Virus record (IMG/VR): IMGVR_UViG_3300042509_002293
Coordinates: 1 to 64,000 of that record
Direction: 5' to 3' (one strand)
Source: a virus
Length of the DNA: 64,000 nt
Positions within the stretch are counted from its first letter, which is position 1. Every line of letters begins with the position of its first letter. Both the position numbers and the translations under genes were made by a program. Shown here in pieces: positions 17,101 through 25,181 of this stretch. Under the pieces are notes generated by a model. The model had not been told where the DNA came from, made no database searches, and worked only from the letters and a program-made list of their open reading frames with translations.

Positions 17101-20100
17101 GAGTACGCCGAGGCGAAGGCCAAGGCGGATGCGGATCGCCAACTGGGCGAGTAGAGTCTCGCGAAGGCTCGGACTGCGGCCGAGACGACGGCGGAAAGTT
17201 CGGCCCTGGCAACAAGTGCCAGGAGGACGCCGGAGACGGCGAGCAGGAGTCCAGTGGCGGCGACACTGCCACTGCCACTCTGGCGCCGCCTCAGGTCCAC
17301 CCCGGCTCGCCGTCTCACGAGGGCCGCGTCTCTGCTCTTACGACCGGCTCCCTGCTGGACGGAAGCGAGCGTCTTGACGTCCCGACGATCCGTGGCCGTG
17401 TCCTTGAGACCGACCTGTCTCAGGCACTGACCCAGCGGGCCATCGCGGCCCACGGCGGAAGGGTCATCGACATAAACGACCGCGTGAGCGACGCGGACAT
17501 GGACGTCTGCTCCGACGCGCTGGCCGAGGATCTCGACCGGGCCGCAAAGGACCTCGGGCGTCATTCGGGCTGGTACTCCGAGGACGTTGGCCGGGCTGTT
17601 GAAATCGCCAGGAGCATGCCCGGGAACGAGAAGATCGGGGACGGCACTCGCGACGGCGAGCTTCACGACTTCGTTTTCAGCACGGCCCTCGGGATTCTCT
17701 CCCAGGAAAACACGGTCCCACAGAATGCCCGATACGCAGACGCGATGTATCGGAACTGGGTTCAGACCGGCAGCCTGATCATTCCCGAGGAACACCACTC
17801 GGCCCTGGGAAGAAGCTTCAACGCAAAGGCATTCGAGGTCGTCCAGACACTCGCCGACAGGCATGGGTGGGACGACGTGATGAAGTTCTTCTCCAAGTCC
17901 GACACTGTCGGGAACCTCGTGAAGACTGCCAACACGATGCTCCCCGACTCGCCGTACTCGCTCGGCGTCAGCAATGAACTCGTGTCGACGCGGGTGCCGA
18001 CGTTCGCGCTGTTCGGCCCCAAGATCGGCGCCTTCACCCATGCAGTCGCCAACCGGGAGCGAGCCGACGATGCTTTTGACTTTGTGGTCAAGGATCGGTG
18101 GCTCATGCGTCAGGCTGGCTCCATCTTCGGGACTCTCATGTCGCCGACGGACGGGGAGAAGTCGTCCGAGCATATGTCGAGAGTCCTGGATAGCATCAAG
18201 GGCCTTCGCACAGGAAGCCCCCTCCTTCACGGCCTGAGCGCTTCGGAGGTCAAGGCGAGCCTCCAGGAGGCCATCCGGCTGAAGACAACGCCGGACGACG
18301 ACTCCCCCGCGATGGAGTACATCCGGAGGACGGTCAAGGCTTACGCGAAAAGCTCAAGCTCGACAAACTCCACATACGCCGACAAGACTGAGCGGAATCT
18401 CGCGGCCAATAACGCCTTCAAGAACAGAACGCAGATCCTGATCGCCCCAGGGAACGGAACGCAGTCACTAAACCTTCACCGTCTCTTCGAGGAGGCGGCG
18501 AAAAAGTCTGGACGAGGTAACGTCTGCGAGGCGCAGGCGCTTGGGTGGGTGGACACGCAGCGTCTCTGGCAGAGCCTGGGCTATAAGCTGAAGACTCCGC
18601 CGGATCAGAATACGTTTAGCTCCGCGTTCTCTGCGCTCGCGTCCGGTAGGTCGGCCAGCGGAAGAATCACGGACATCGCAGCGGAGGCGGAAAGGCAACG
18701 CCGCGAGGCGGCACAGGCCAGCGGCAGGAAGTCTCGCCGAGACGCCACTGGCTCGGATGAGTGGGATTCCACCCGGGACATCAATGCAATCGGAGAGGAT
18801 CCGCAGATTCTTTTCAACGAGTCGCTGAGCGATCCTGATACCTTTAATGCGTTGCTTGAGCACATCAGCGCGTTGATCTCTCGCGACTCCTCGTCCGAGC
18901 GTCGCGCCTTCTGCCCCACCGGCGAAGGCGGCGGTGTGAAGAACGACTGCCCCCCCAGCGAGGGCGGCAGCGGTGGCGACGAAGATGACGACAAGGGCGG
19001 AGACATCGCAAAGGCTGACGATGACTCTGGGCCTCGCCCATCCTCCGGCCCCGAGATCAAGATCGGCGACAAGCCCGAGGAGATCGACCGCCGCCTGGAG
19101 GCTATGGGCATCAAGCAGGACGACGCCATCGGCATGGTGGGCGGAAGCCGCGACGGAACCTACGTCTTCGTCCGCCGCGACCACGATCGCGACGGAGGCG
19201 ACGGCCTCCACATTGAGACCACCCGCGACGTGGCCGGCGTGAAAGACGGCCTGTTCAGCCAGTCCGTCGTCTACAACGCTGGCCCGCCGCAGTCGCCTGA
19301 GCTTGTCGTCGATCACAAGCTCATGGACGTGAAGACCGACGTGAGCCGTGACCCCGAGAAGAGGCACGCCGCCGCTCGCGAGTTCTTCCGAATTATGACC
19401 GACAGCGTTCAGGAGTCGCTCAAGCGAGGAGTCTCGAAGATCACGCTCAACGCCGCCGGCGACCCCAAGCAGGCCCGCGACGGCATGTTCCGTGGGTACA
19501 CGATCTGGCCCCGGATGGGATTCAACGCTCCGATCCCGAACCACATCCGCAACAAGCTGCCGCCCGACCTGGGGCACTGCCGCACCCTCCTCGACCTCCA
19601 CGCGACCCCGGACGGAACGCGGTGGTGGAAGAAGAACGGCACGGACCTCGACGTCCAGCTTGACCTGACCAAGGCCGACAGCCCGCAGATGCAGGTCTTC
19701 GGTCGGTTCGTTCGTCACTTCGAGCGTGACCGCCGAGACCTTGCCTATGGGACCGGAGACGAATGGCTCTCGCCGGCCGACGAGGTCAAGCTCGACGAGT
19801 TGTGGCAGGAGGTCTGGGACGAGGGCCTGCTCGACGACTACACGGGCGAGGACGAAGACTTCAGGGTTTTGGAGAAGCGGGCCTTCTGCCCCACCGGCGA
19901 AGGCGGCGGGGTGAAGAATGACTGCTCGCCAAACGACGAAGGTGGCGGCGATACGGCCACGGCCCCCAGGCCGAACACTATGCCTAAGGCGAAGTACGAC
20001 GACCCCAGGAACAAGGAGTCGTGGCTGAGCACCGGAGGGGATTTTCACCCGTTCGATCGGGCGAAAGAGCCGGCCGATCGACTGAAGTCTCCGATCGGCT

Positions 20101-21284
20101 TCAATACCCACGACTTCTGGGCCAAGAAGCACGGCGTGGACGGCGGAGAGCCCGAACTGCTCGGCAAAGGCTGGATGCGGGTAACTGCTTCTGGCCGAAC
20201 GCTCTACCTCAGCAACTCCAGCGGCAATCCCCCGACCGATCGCCAGCGAAAGGTTGCGATTGACCACGCCATCGCGACGGACAAGTACGACGACATCGTC
20301 TTCGATGCCGGCTACGGCAAGCAGCCCAGGACGATCTGGAGCAAGAGGTCGAAGAAAGTACGAGGCGAGTCTCGTGCCTTCTGCGCGACAGGCGAAGGCG
20401 GCGGAATCGACAACTCGTGCGGCGCCGGCGAGAAGATGGCCGCCGACAAGGACTCCGGGGGCGGATCTTCTTCTCGATGGGGCGGGAAAGAGGAGAAGTG
20501 GGGCCGATCGAGCGAGACAGAAATCTGGACTCCGGGCAAGCCGCTCTTCCCCGGGGCCGAGAGCCTTGCCTCCATCAAGATCACGAGGCCAAACGACGTC
20601 CGGGGCATCATCGAGGACGGCCTGAAGATGAAGATTGCGGACGCCGTACTGGCCTCTGGCCCGGTAGCGGATTCCGCAGATCGATCGAGCATCACCCGCC
20701 CTCGGCTTGAGATTGTCCCAACCGGCCACGGCATCGAGATGCGGTGGACTTCAATGGGCGTCGCCACCGGAGAGGGCTTCAAGGGCGAGGAGGAGCAGTT
20801 CAAGAGTCAGCCGGGGACCGCCGTGAAGGCTGCCGCAGCCTCTCGCGACCTCTGGATCACGAATCAAGGGCCGGTCCTTAACATGGGCGGATTCTTCATT
20901 CATCCAGACTTCCAGGGCAAGGGCTTGGCGCTTGAGTCTGTGGCCAAGTCGTCGTCCTCGGGCGTCATCCGCATGGAAATGCAGGCCGAGCGATTTGATG
21001 CGGATGACCCGAATCTTCGCATGACCGGATACAAGGTGTGGCCGAAGTACGGATACGACGCCCCACTCTCTCTCGTCCGTGGGACTCTGAGGTCTCAGGA
21101 CCAGGAAATCCCCAAGGAATTTTCTGGTGCCAGGACTTTGGCCGACATTTTCCGCATGCCGGGCGGCCGTGAGTGGTGGTCCCAAAGCGGCGATTCGATC
21201 CGGCTCGTCTTCGACTGCCGCCCCAGAAGCAAGAGCGTCGAAACTCTGCTAAAATTGCAGGACCGTTACCGCAAAGGGAGGTAG
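14115..21284 (+). CDS. HK97-family portal protein (about first 410 aa) fused to about 1950 aa of cargo domains
   Basis: AC.RILAETVSVLPL...PN..QT..EF...GNSY...HIR...EIAR.Y..P..L...L.PW..RIEQ...LLRGD...NDVR..E; frame stays open for 2389 aa. Confidence 0.9.
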   Translation: MSREENAALSDIVWTPARGENEPELRSISWNNLLLSDEVFGGKFLTAAEIRINPETALQSTVLLACCRILAETVSVLPLHVYRKLKNGHEEIAEDIPLAHVLGFAPNGWQTKFEFFEQVMMNLTLWGNSYTEIKSGKYGSVTELNNLHPSNMRVERLENGRLKYTYNDPQTGRALEYTQDQVMHIRWTPQPDGVKGMMPVEIARDAIALARACEIYASKFWANMGRPGVVLQTDGAISAETAERLRDNWERIHRGVSNAYKTAILTNGLRVEQFGATNTDSQYLDVRKFQGEEIARCYRLPLHLIQGQSGGNLEVQGREFVDYTLMPWLARIEQAISRSLIYDDATYKARFDVRGLLRGDSASRASYYSTMMGLGIFSINDVRRQEGMAPLGPDADKHFVAMNLQTLEDAVKPKPDPSQMPGAPPPAPGGPPSLPEVKPGKAPMESPKGEASVKKLPEKASAEARELLPQDEKLEEAQQEIAEEDGKWEKEAAHYIEKNPFAARGIKCHNCTHYFEEAGCKIVRGLIAGDAICKLWVIPPEKIAPEPEQRAFCPTGEGNGIKNDCSPGGSYPVADSMPREVEAGHPALAARAPFSPVPEGSGNSAFAVPPSDSDLSQALIGSNKTKGTKIGKARELPEGTPVALRIDIPAFNHSTERMGKAVYAITIHEDKGGKSFGSPIGYDSMARLSGPVRFEAKENEAIRVATGESTKTPLATVKGKISQDRTIPKDVDSWTPVGYDPKKAAYFYDKRTGQEVKSGVDALSVGNTVFTRRPQYGDRNVKEHYRSADEMFASDSWGLESRGFCPTGEGGGIDNSCGRGDSSGGDSPDGPEPKRASTREVLDEILRSIEETGGYSVHPVTAESPTTGFMCSTVPGAEKIIDGKDQVTEAVVDAYFDEHRDYLSSRPKLHLGGWIDGSDGKVYLDLSERFETQEEAEKAAVEHNQLAIWDIANKKEIRIKNERAAEEDGEVRLQARRDLEGDRRGDRAGQEEGRSGVRRGEGQGGCGSPTGRVESREGSDCGRDDGGKFGPGNKCQEDAGDGEQESSGGDTATATLAPPQVHPGSPSHEGRVSALTTGSLLDGSERLDVPTIRGRVLETDLSQALTQRAIAAHGGRVIDINDRVSDADMDVCSDALAEDLDRAAKDLGRHSGWYSEDVGRAVEIARSMPGNEKIGDGTRDGELHDFVFSTALGILSQENTVPQNARYADAMYRNWVQTGSLIIPEEHHSALGRSFNAKAFEVVQTLADRHGWDDVMKFFSKSDTVGNLVKTANTMLPDSPYSLGVSNELVSTRVPTFALFGPKIGAFTHAVANRERADDAFDFVVKDRWLMRQAGSIFGTLMSPTDGEKSSEHMSRVLDSIKGLRTGSPLLHGLSASEVKASLQEAIRLKTTPDDDSPAMEYIRRTVKAYAKSSSSTNSTYADKTERNLAANNAFKNRTQILIAPGNGTQSLNLHRLFEEAAKKSGRGNVCEAQALGWVDTQRLWQSLGYKLKTPPDQNTFSSAFSALASGRSASGRITDIAAEAERQRREAAQASGRKSRRDATGSDEWDSTRDINAIGEDPQILFNESLSDPDTFNALLEHISALISRDSSSERRAFCPTGEGGGVKNDCPPSEGGSGGDEDDDKGGDIAKADDDSGPRPSSGPEIKIGDKPEEIDRRLEAMGIKQDDAIGMVGGSRDGTYVFVRRDHDRDGGDGLHIETTRDVAGVKDGLFSQSVVYNAGPPQSPELVVDHKLMDVKTDVSRDPEKRHAAAREFFRIMTDSVQESLKRGVSKITLNAAGDPKQARDGMFRGYTIWPRMGFNAPIPNHIRNKLPPDLGHCRTLLDLHATPDGTRWWKKNGTDLDVQLDLTKADSPQMQVFGRFVRHFERDRRDLAYGTGDEWLSPADEVKLDELWQEVWDEGLLDDYTGEDEDFRVLEKRAFCPTGEGGGVKNDCSPNDEGGGDTATAPRPNTMPKAKYDDPRNKESWLSTGGDFHPFDRAKEPADRLKSPIGFNTHDFWAKKHGVDGGEPELLGKGWMRVTASGRTLYLSNSSGNPPTDRQRKVAIDHAIATDKYDDIVFDAGYGKQPRTIWSKRSKKVRGESRAFCATGEGGGIDNSCGAGEKMAADKDSGGGSSSRWGGKEEKWGRSSETEIWTPGKPLFPGAESLASIKITRPNDVRGIIEDGLKMKIADAVLASGPVADSADRSSITRPRLEIVPTGHGIEMRWTSMGVATGEGFKGEEEQFKSQPGTAVKAAAASRDLWITNQGPVLNMGGFFIHPDFQGKGLALESVAKSSSSGVIRMEMQAERFDADDPNLRMTGYKVWPKYGYDAPLSLVRGTLRSQDQEIPKEFSGARTLADIFRMPGGREWWSQSGDSIRLVFDCRPRSKSVETLLKLQDRYRKGR
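16996..17154 (+). CDS. Overprinted small ORF (52 aa) inside the portal gene
   Basis: MSEQPKKMVRFDFKPGATSKEIAEAIERARKK reads as a natural protein while the portal frame here is R/G/E-rich, like an off-frame read. Confidence 0.55.
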   Translation: MSEQPKKMVRFDFKPGATSKEIAEAIERARKKVVQEYAEAKAKADADRQLGE

Positions 21285-21286
21285 GC

Positions 21287-21475
21287 ATGGGCGACGAAAA
21301 GATCGGCTGCGATTCTGACCGGGACGATGCCGTTGACGCGGCGTGGGAAGAAATCCAGAAGGAGGGCCTGACTGGCGAGTCACCGACTCAGGAGGAGTGG
21401 GACCGCTGGGCGGCCGAAGCCAACGAGAGGAAGAAGGCCAAGGATGGCAACGCCGGAGAAGTACAGTCACATTAG
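21287..21475 (+). CDS. Small acidic protein, possible inhibitor of the terminal GNAT domain
   Basis: GGGAGGT RBS; DDAVDAAWEEIQKEGL resembles DEVKLDELWQEVWDEGL after the first GNAT domain. Confidence 0.65.
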   Translation: MGDEKIGCDSDRDDAVDAAWEEIQKEGLTGESPTQEEWDRWAAEANERKKAKDGNAGEVQSH

Positions 21476-23042
21476 CTTCACGCCCCCGTCGGGGGTTCGC
21501 AGGGAAGCGGAGTACGGACTGAAGCTGCGTCGCGAGCATGGCCGTGGCGGCACCGCCGTCGGCATCGCCCGCGCCCGGGATCTGTCGAACGGCAGGGAGG
21601 TGTCGCCGTCGACCGTCAAGCGAATGAAGGCCTACTTCGATCGCCACGACTCGGACCAGCAGGCCGAGGGTTTCAATCGCGGCGACAAGGGCTGGCCCTC
21701 CAACGGCTATATCGCCGCCAAGCTCTGGGGCGGATTCCAGAGCGGCTATTCCTGGGCAAAGAAGGTCGTCGCCCAGATGGAGGCCGCCGACGGGAAGGAG
21801 TCGTCTCGCTCTTATAGTCCGGATACGGAAACCCGTAGCCTGAACGGCATGGAAACCACCGAAAGCCGATTCGTCGCCACCGACACGCCTGAGCCCGAGG
21901 CCACCGAGATGCCCCAGGTCGAGCGGCGGTATCTGGCCTCCGCCGGTACTGAGAGCTCAACCGAGGGCACGCTCGGCGTCGAGCACCGCGCCGACCCGCA
22001 GACGGGCGAGAGGCGGACGTACCTTGTCGGGTATGCGGCAAAATTTGGAACTGACTCTTTGCTGCTCGGGGACTTCATCGAGCAAATTGCCCCGTCCGCA
22101 TTCGAGATCGTCACCAAGGGAAAGGACCTCGAAGGAAATCCCCTAGAGACTCGCGGCCTTTTCAATCACGACCCGAACCACCTCATCGGTCGGTTTCCGA
22201 ACACGATGAAGCTCACGGTCGACAAGATCGGCCTGAAGTACGAGATCCTCCTTCCCGAGAGTCGGCAGGATATCGCCGAAATGGTAGCTCGCGGGGACCT
22301 CAAGGGATCGAGCTTCAGCTTCGTCGTGGCAGAGGGCGGGGAAAAGTGGACCCGCGAGGGCGGCAGGAGCCGCCGCCTCGTCACCCGCATCAAGTCCCTC
22401 CTGGATTGTGGCCCCGTCACATACCCGGCCTATAAAAATTCTTCCGTTGCCGTCGCCAAGCGGAGCTACGAGCAGTTCATCTCGGCGCAGGATCCGAAGC
22501 CAGCCGAGCCGCTGAAGCCGAAGACCGACGTCGCTGCGGAGATGCGGAAGTACCAGGAGTTCATCGCCGAGCGACGCGGCTTCTGTCCGACGGGCCCAGG
22601 CGGCGGCGTCGACAACTCGTGCGGCGCGTCCGCCAGTGGTGGAGATTCCGGAAAATACAAAGAGTGGAAGAAGGGCGATCACCTCGACAAGTCGAAGGAG
22701 AAAGACGCCCAGGACTTCCTCGATAAGGCCCGAACTGACCAACTCGCCCGTGGTGGCAAGGACGGCGGAAAGTCCGACGACGGCGGCGGCGTGCAGACCT
22801 GGAGCAAGGGCGACCACTTTCCCTGGACGGCCAAGCAGGTCGGCGACACCGACGGCTACGTTCAGGGCCTGCACCCGGATGGAAGCAAGACGGAGAAGTA
22901 TCCGTTCGCCGGCGGCAAGACGGCCGACGCCTACGCGAAGCTCTCCGAGGAGTTGAAGGGCCGGGTCAAGAAGGACAAGAGGTCCACCGATCCGTCTGCC
23001 GTCGCATCGGAGATGCTGAGGTTCCTCAAGGACCGCCGGTAA
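21444..23042 (+). CDS. HK97-type prohead protease with N- and C-terminal extra domains
   Basis: GYAAKF...F.EQIAPSAF...LFNHD...GL.YEI...RGD..GSSFSF...VTYPAY; N-terminal GT.VG.ARARDL...RM.AYF.RH...LWGG domain; C-terminal CPTG tag. Confidence 0.9.
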   Translation: MATPEKYSHISFTPPSGVRREAEYGLKLRREHGRGGTAVGIARARDLSNGREVSPSTVKRMKAYFDRHDSDQQAEGFNRGDKGWPSNGYIAAKLWGGFQSGYSWAKKVVAQMEAADGKESSRSYSPDTETRSLNGMETTESRFVATDTPEPEATEMPQVERRYLASAGTESSTEGTLGVEHRADPQTGERRTYLVGYAAKFGTDSLLLGDFIEQIAPSAFEIVTKGKDLEGNPLETRGLFNHDPNHLIGRFPNTMKLTVDKIGLKYEILLPESRQDIAEMVARGDLKGSSFSFVVAEGGEKWTREGGRSRRLVTRIKSLLDCGPVTYPAYKNSSVAVAKRSYEQFISAQDPKPAEPLKPKTDVAAEMRKYQEFIAERRGFCPTGPGGGVDNSCGASASGGDSGKYKEWKKGDHLDKSKEKDAQDFLDKARTDQLARGGKDGGKSDDGGGVQTWSKGDHFPWTAKQVGDTDGYVQGLHPDGSKTEKYPFAGGKTADAYAKLSEELKGRVKKDKRSTDPSAVASEMLRFLKDRR

Positions 23043-24850
23043 TGAGTGCCGCGACGGACTGCCGGATCGCGAGCCTGCACGCCTTCGCCCAGGCGAGGGC
23101 GATGGGATCGGCGACGAATGCAGGTGGCGGAGCAGTCTCCGGCGGAGCCGACTGCGGGCGGGATTCGGACGGGAAGTTTGGCGCTGGCAACACCTGCCGC
23201 ATCGGAATCAATATCAACGACTCTACCCAGGCCTTCACGACGCAGATTCTTGCCGGCCAGAAGACGATCGAGACTCGGCCAACAAACTCGCTTCGCCCCT
23301 ACGTCGGCAAGACGGTCGGAATCGTTCGGACTGGCCAGGGCAAGGCCACGCTCGTGGGCACGATGAAGATCGGCGAGCCTAAGTTCTACAAGACGAAGAA
23401 AGACTTCGACGCGGACCGCAAGAAGCACCTCGTCTCCCCGGGCAGCCCGCACTACATCACGGCCGCCGGGAAGTACGGTTACCCTCTCTCCGAAGTGCGT
23501 CCCGTAAAGCCCATCGAACTCGACACGAAGGGGATCGTCGGGAGGGTGATCGCGAAGTCGAGCCGCAGCGAAGAGCTTGAGTATGACCTAGATGGAGTTG
23601 AGCTTCGCGCATTCTGCCCCACGGGCGAAGGCGGTGGACTCGACAACTCATGCGGCAGCGGAGAGACAGCCTCTACGCCGCCGGAAAAAACTCAGAAGCC
23701 AAGATGGATGGGTGCCGTAGACGCGGCGGGTGAGACCAAGCACGGAACGTGGTTCCTGGAGAAGAACGAAGACGGGAGCAAATCGCCAGGACACGACGAA
23801 GCCACGTCCCACGTTGTTAGCCTTGTTGGCGGCAAGGATGAGGTTAAGGCGTTCGTGTTTGCTGACGCTCACGATGATCGTCTCTACATCAACTACTCTC
23901 AGGTTGCGGAGCCTCATCGCGGCAAGGGAGTTTACAAAGAGCTTCTTTCGTCGCTGCAAGAGCAATTCACGATTCATTCGGACGAACAGCACAACGTCGC
24001 CACCGCCGCAAAAAAGGCTTACGAGTCGCTCGGCGCGAGGCTGAATCAGTACGGGCAGTACGTCCTCGAACGGAAGCGTCGCGATTCTCGCGGCTCATCC
24101 CTCGGCGCTCGCCACGCCAGCCTCCTCGCCTTCGCCCAGTCTCGCGACTGCGGGCGAGACCCGGACGGCAAGTTCTCGTCCGGCAACACCTGCGCCGGTG
24201 GAGTGGCCGCAGACGCCGCCAAGGGGGCCATCAAGGGCGCCGCCGAGGGCGGGCTGCTCGGCCTCTGGGTTGCTGGCCCCCCGGGGGCCAAGACCGGTGC
24301 GGTCGCTGGGGCCGCTGTCGGGGCCGCGAAGGGGATCTACGACAATCAGATGCGGCCGACCCGCGTGAAGAAGGCGATCGACAGGCTCGGCCTCACGGAC
24401 CAGAAGGTCGGGAGGCTTGTCGAAAAGCTCGGCGGCACCCCGGAGTCGTCGGCGAACGCGAAGCGAGGCGTTCTGACCCTCACGATTCGAGACAAGGACA
24501 ACAAGAAAACCTTCCACGTCGAGGTCACGAAGAAGGGCGTCACCGTGTACCCCAGGCGGGCAACCGGGGAGTTGAGCGGCAAGGAGATCGCCCGGATCAA
24601 GCAGGTCGCGAAGGACCTGTCCCCGCGCCCGGTCAGCGTCACAGTCAAGCAAAGCTCGTCCGCCTATGTGGCCAAGCTCGTGAAGAGCGGCTTCAAGGTG
24701 ACCGCCGGCAAGGTTGCCGGCACGCTCGTCGCGAACTATGTGGTCCCGACGGCGATTGGGCTTGCGGTCACCGCCTCGGAAGGGGCGGCGGCCGCAGCGG
24801 GAGTCGCGGCGGCCAAGGTCGTCGCCAAAATTCCGAAGAAGCGTTCGTAA
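23042..24850 (+). CDS. Head-associated multidomain protein (ASCH + GNAT + tag motifs)
   Basis: ILAGQKTIETR (ASCH GxKxxExR); VAEPHRGKGVY...KKAYESLG (GNAT); one CPTG and two DCGRD tags. Confidence 0.75.
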   Translation: MSAATDCRIASLHAFAQARAMGSATNAGGGAVSGGADCGRDSDGKFGAGNTCRIGININDSTQAFTTQILAGQKTIETRPTNSLRPYVGKTVGIVRTGQGKATLVGTMKIGEPKFYKTKKDFDADRKKHLVSPGSPHYITAAGKYGYPLSEVRPVKPIELDTKGIVGRVIAKSSRSEELEYDLDGVELRAFCPTGEGGGLDNSCGSGETASTPPEKTQKPRWMGAVDAAGETKHGTWFLEKNEDGSKSPGHDEATSHVVSLVGGKDEVKAFVFADAHDDRLYINYSQVAEPHRGKGVYKELLSSLQEQFTIHSDEQHNVATAAKKAYESLGARLNQYGQYVLERKRRDSRGSSLGARHASLLAFAQSRDCGRDPDGKFSSGNTCAGGVAADAAKGAIKGAAEGGLLGLWVAGPPGAKTGAVAGAAVGAAKGIYDNQMRPTRVKKAIDRLGLTDQKVGRLVEKLGGTPESSANAKRGVLTLTIRDKDNKKTFHVEVTKKGVTVYPRRATGELSGKEIARIKQVAKDLSPRPVSVTVKQSSSAYVAKLVKSGFKVTAGKVAGTLVANYVVPTAIGLAVTASEGAAAAAGVAAAKVVAKIPKKRS

Positions 24851-24861
24851 CAGGAGCGACG

Positions 24862-25053
24862 ATGGCGGTTTGCAGCGGTGACAAGTGTTCTCGCCCGGGT
24901 TGCCAGGGACTCATGGCGACCAGGAGCAGCAGGCAGAGCGGAGTGCTCCAGGTTCGGTACCTCCGCTGCACTCGGTGTGGCACTCAGGCCCGATCGGTCG
25001 TCGAGGCCAACAACGTGCGGTCCATCTCCTGGCGTCGCGCGACGCAGAAATAG
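24862..25053 (+). CDS. Zinc-ribbon protein, Ogr/Delta-like
   Basis: CSRPGC...RSSR...RYLRCTRCG; AGGAG RBS. Confidence 0.6.
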   Translation: MAVCSGDKCSRPGCQGLMATRSSRQSGVLQVRYLRCTRCGTQARSVVEANNVRSISWRRATQK

Positions 25054-25181
25054 TGTTGTGTCACACAACACTTTTTTCTTGGCCCTCTTCGGGCAAGTGA
25101 TCGCCTCCTTTTAGGGTGAACGTGTGGCCGCTGTTTTGCGGTCGCCACACGAAACACACACCCGCAAGGAAGCGATCACAG

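Noticed and set aside
14115-21284. Inteins as explanation of the portal length
   Set aside because: No HN/C-S-T splice junctions or LAGLIDADG motifs seen; extra domains follow an intact portal
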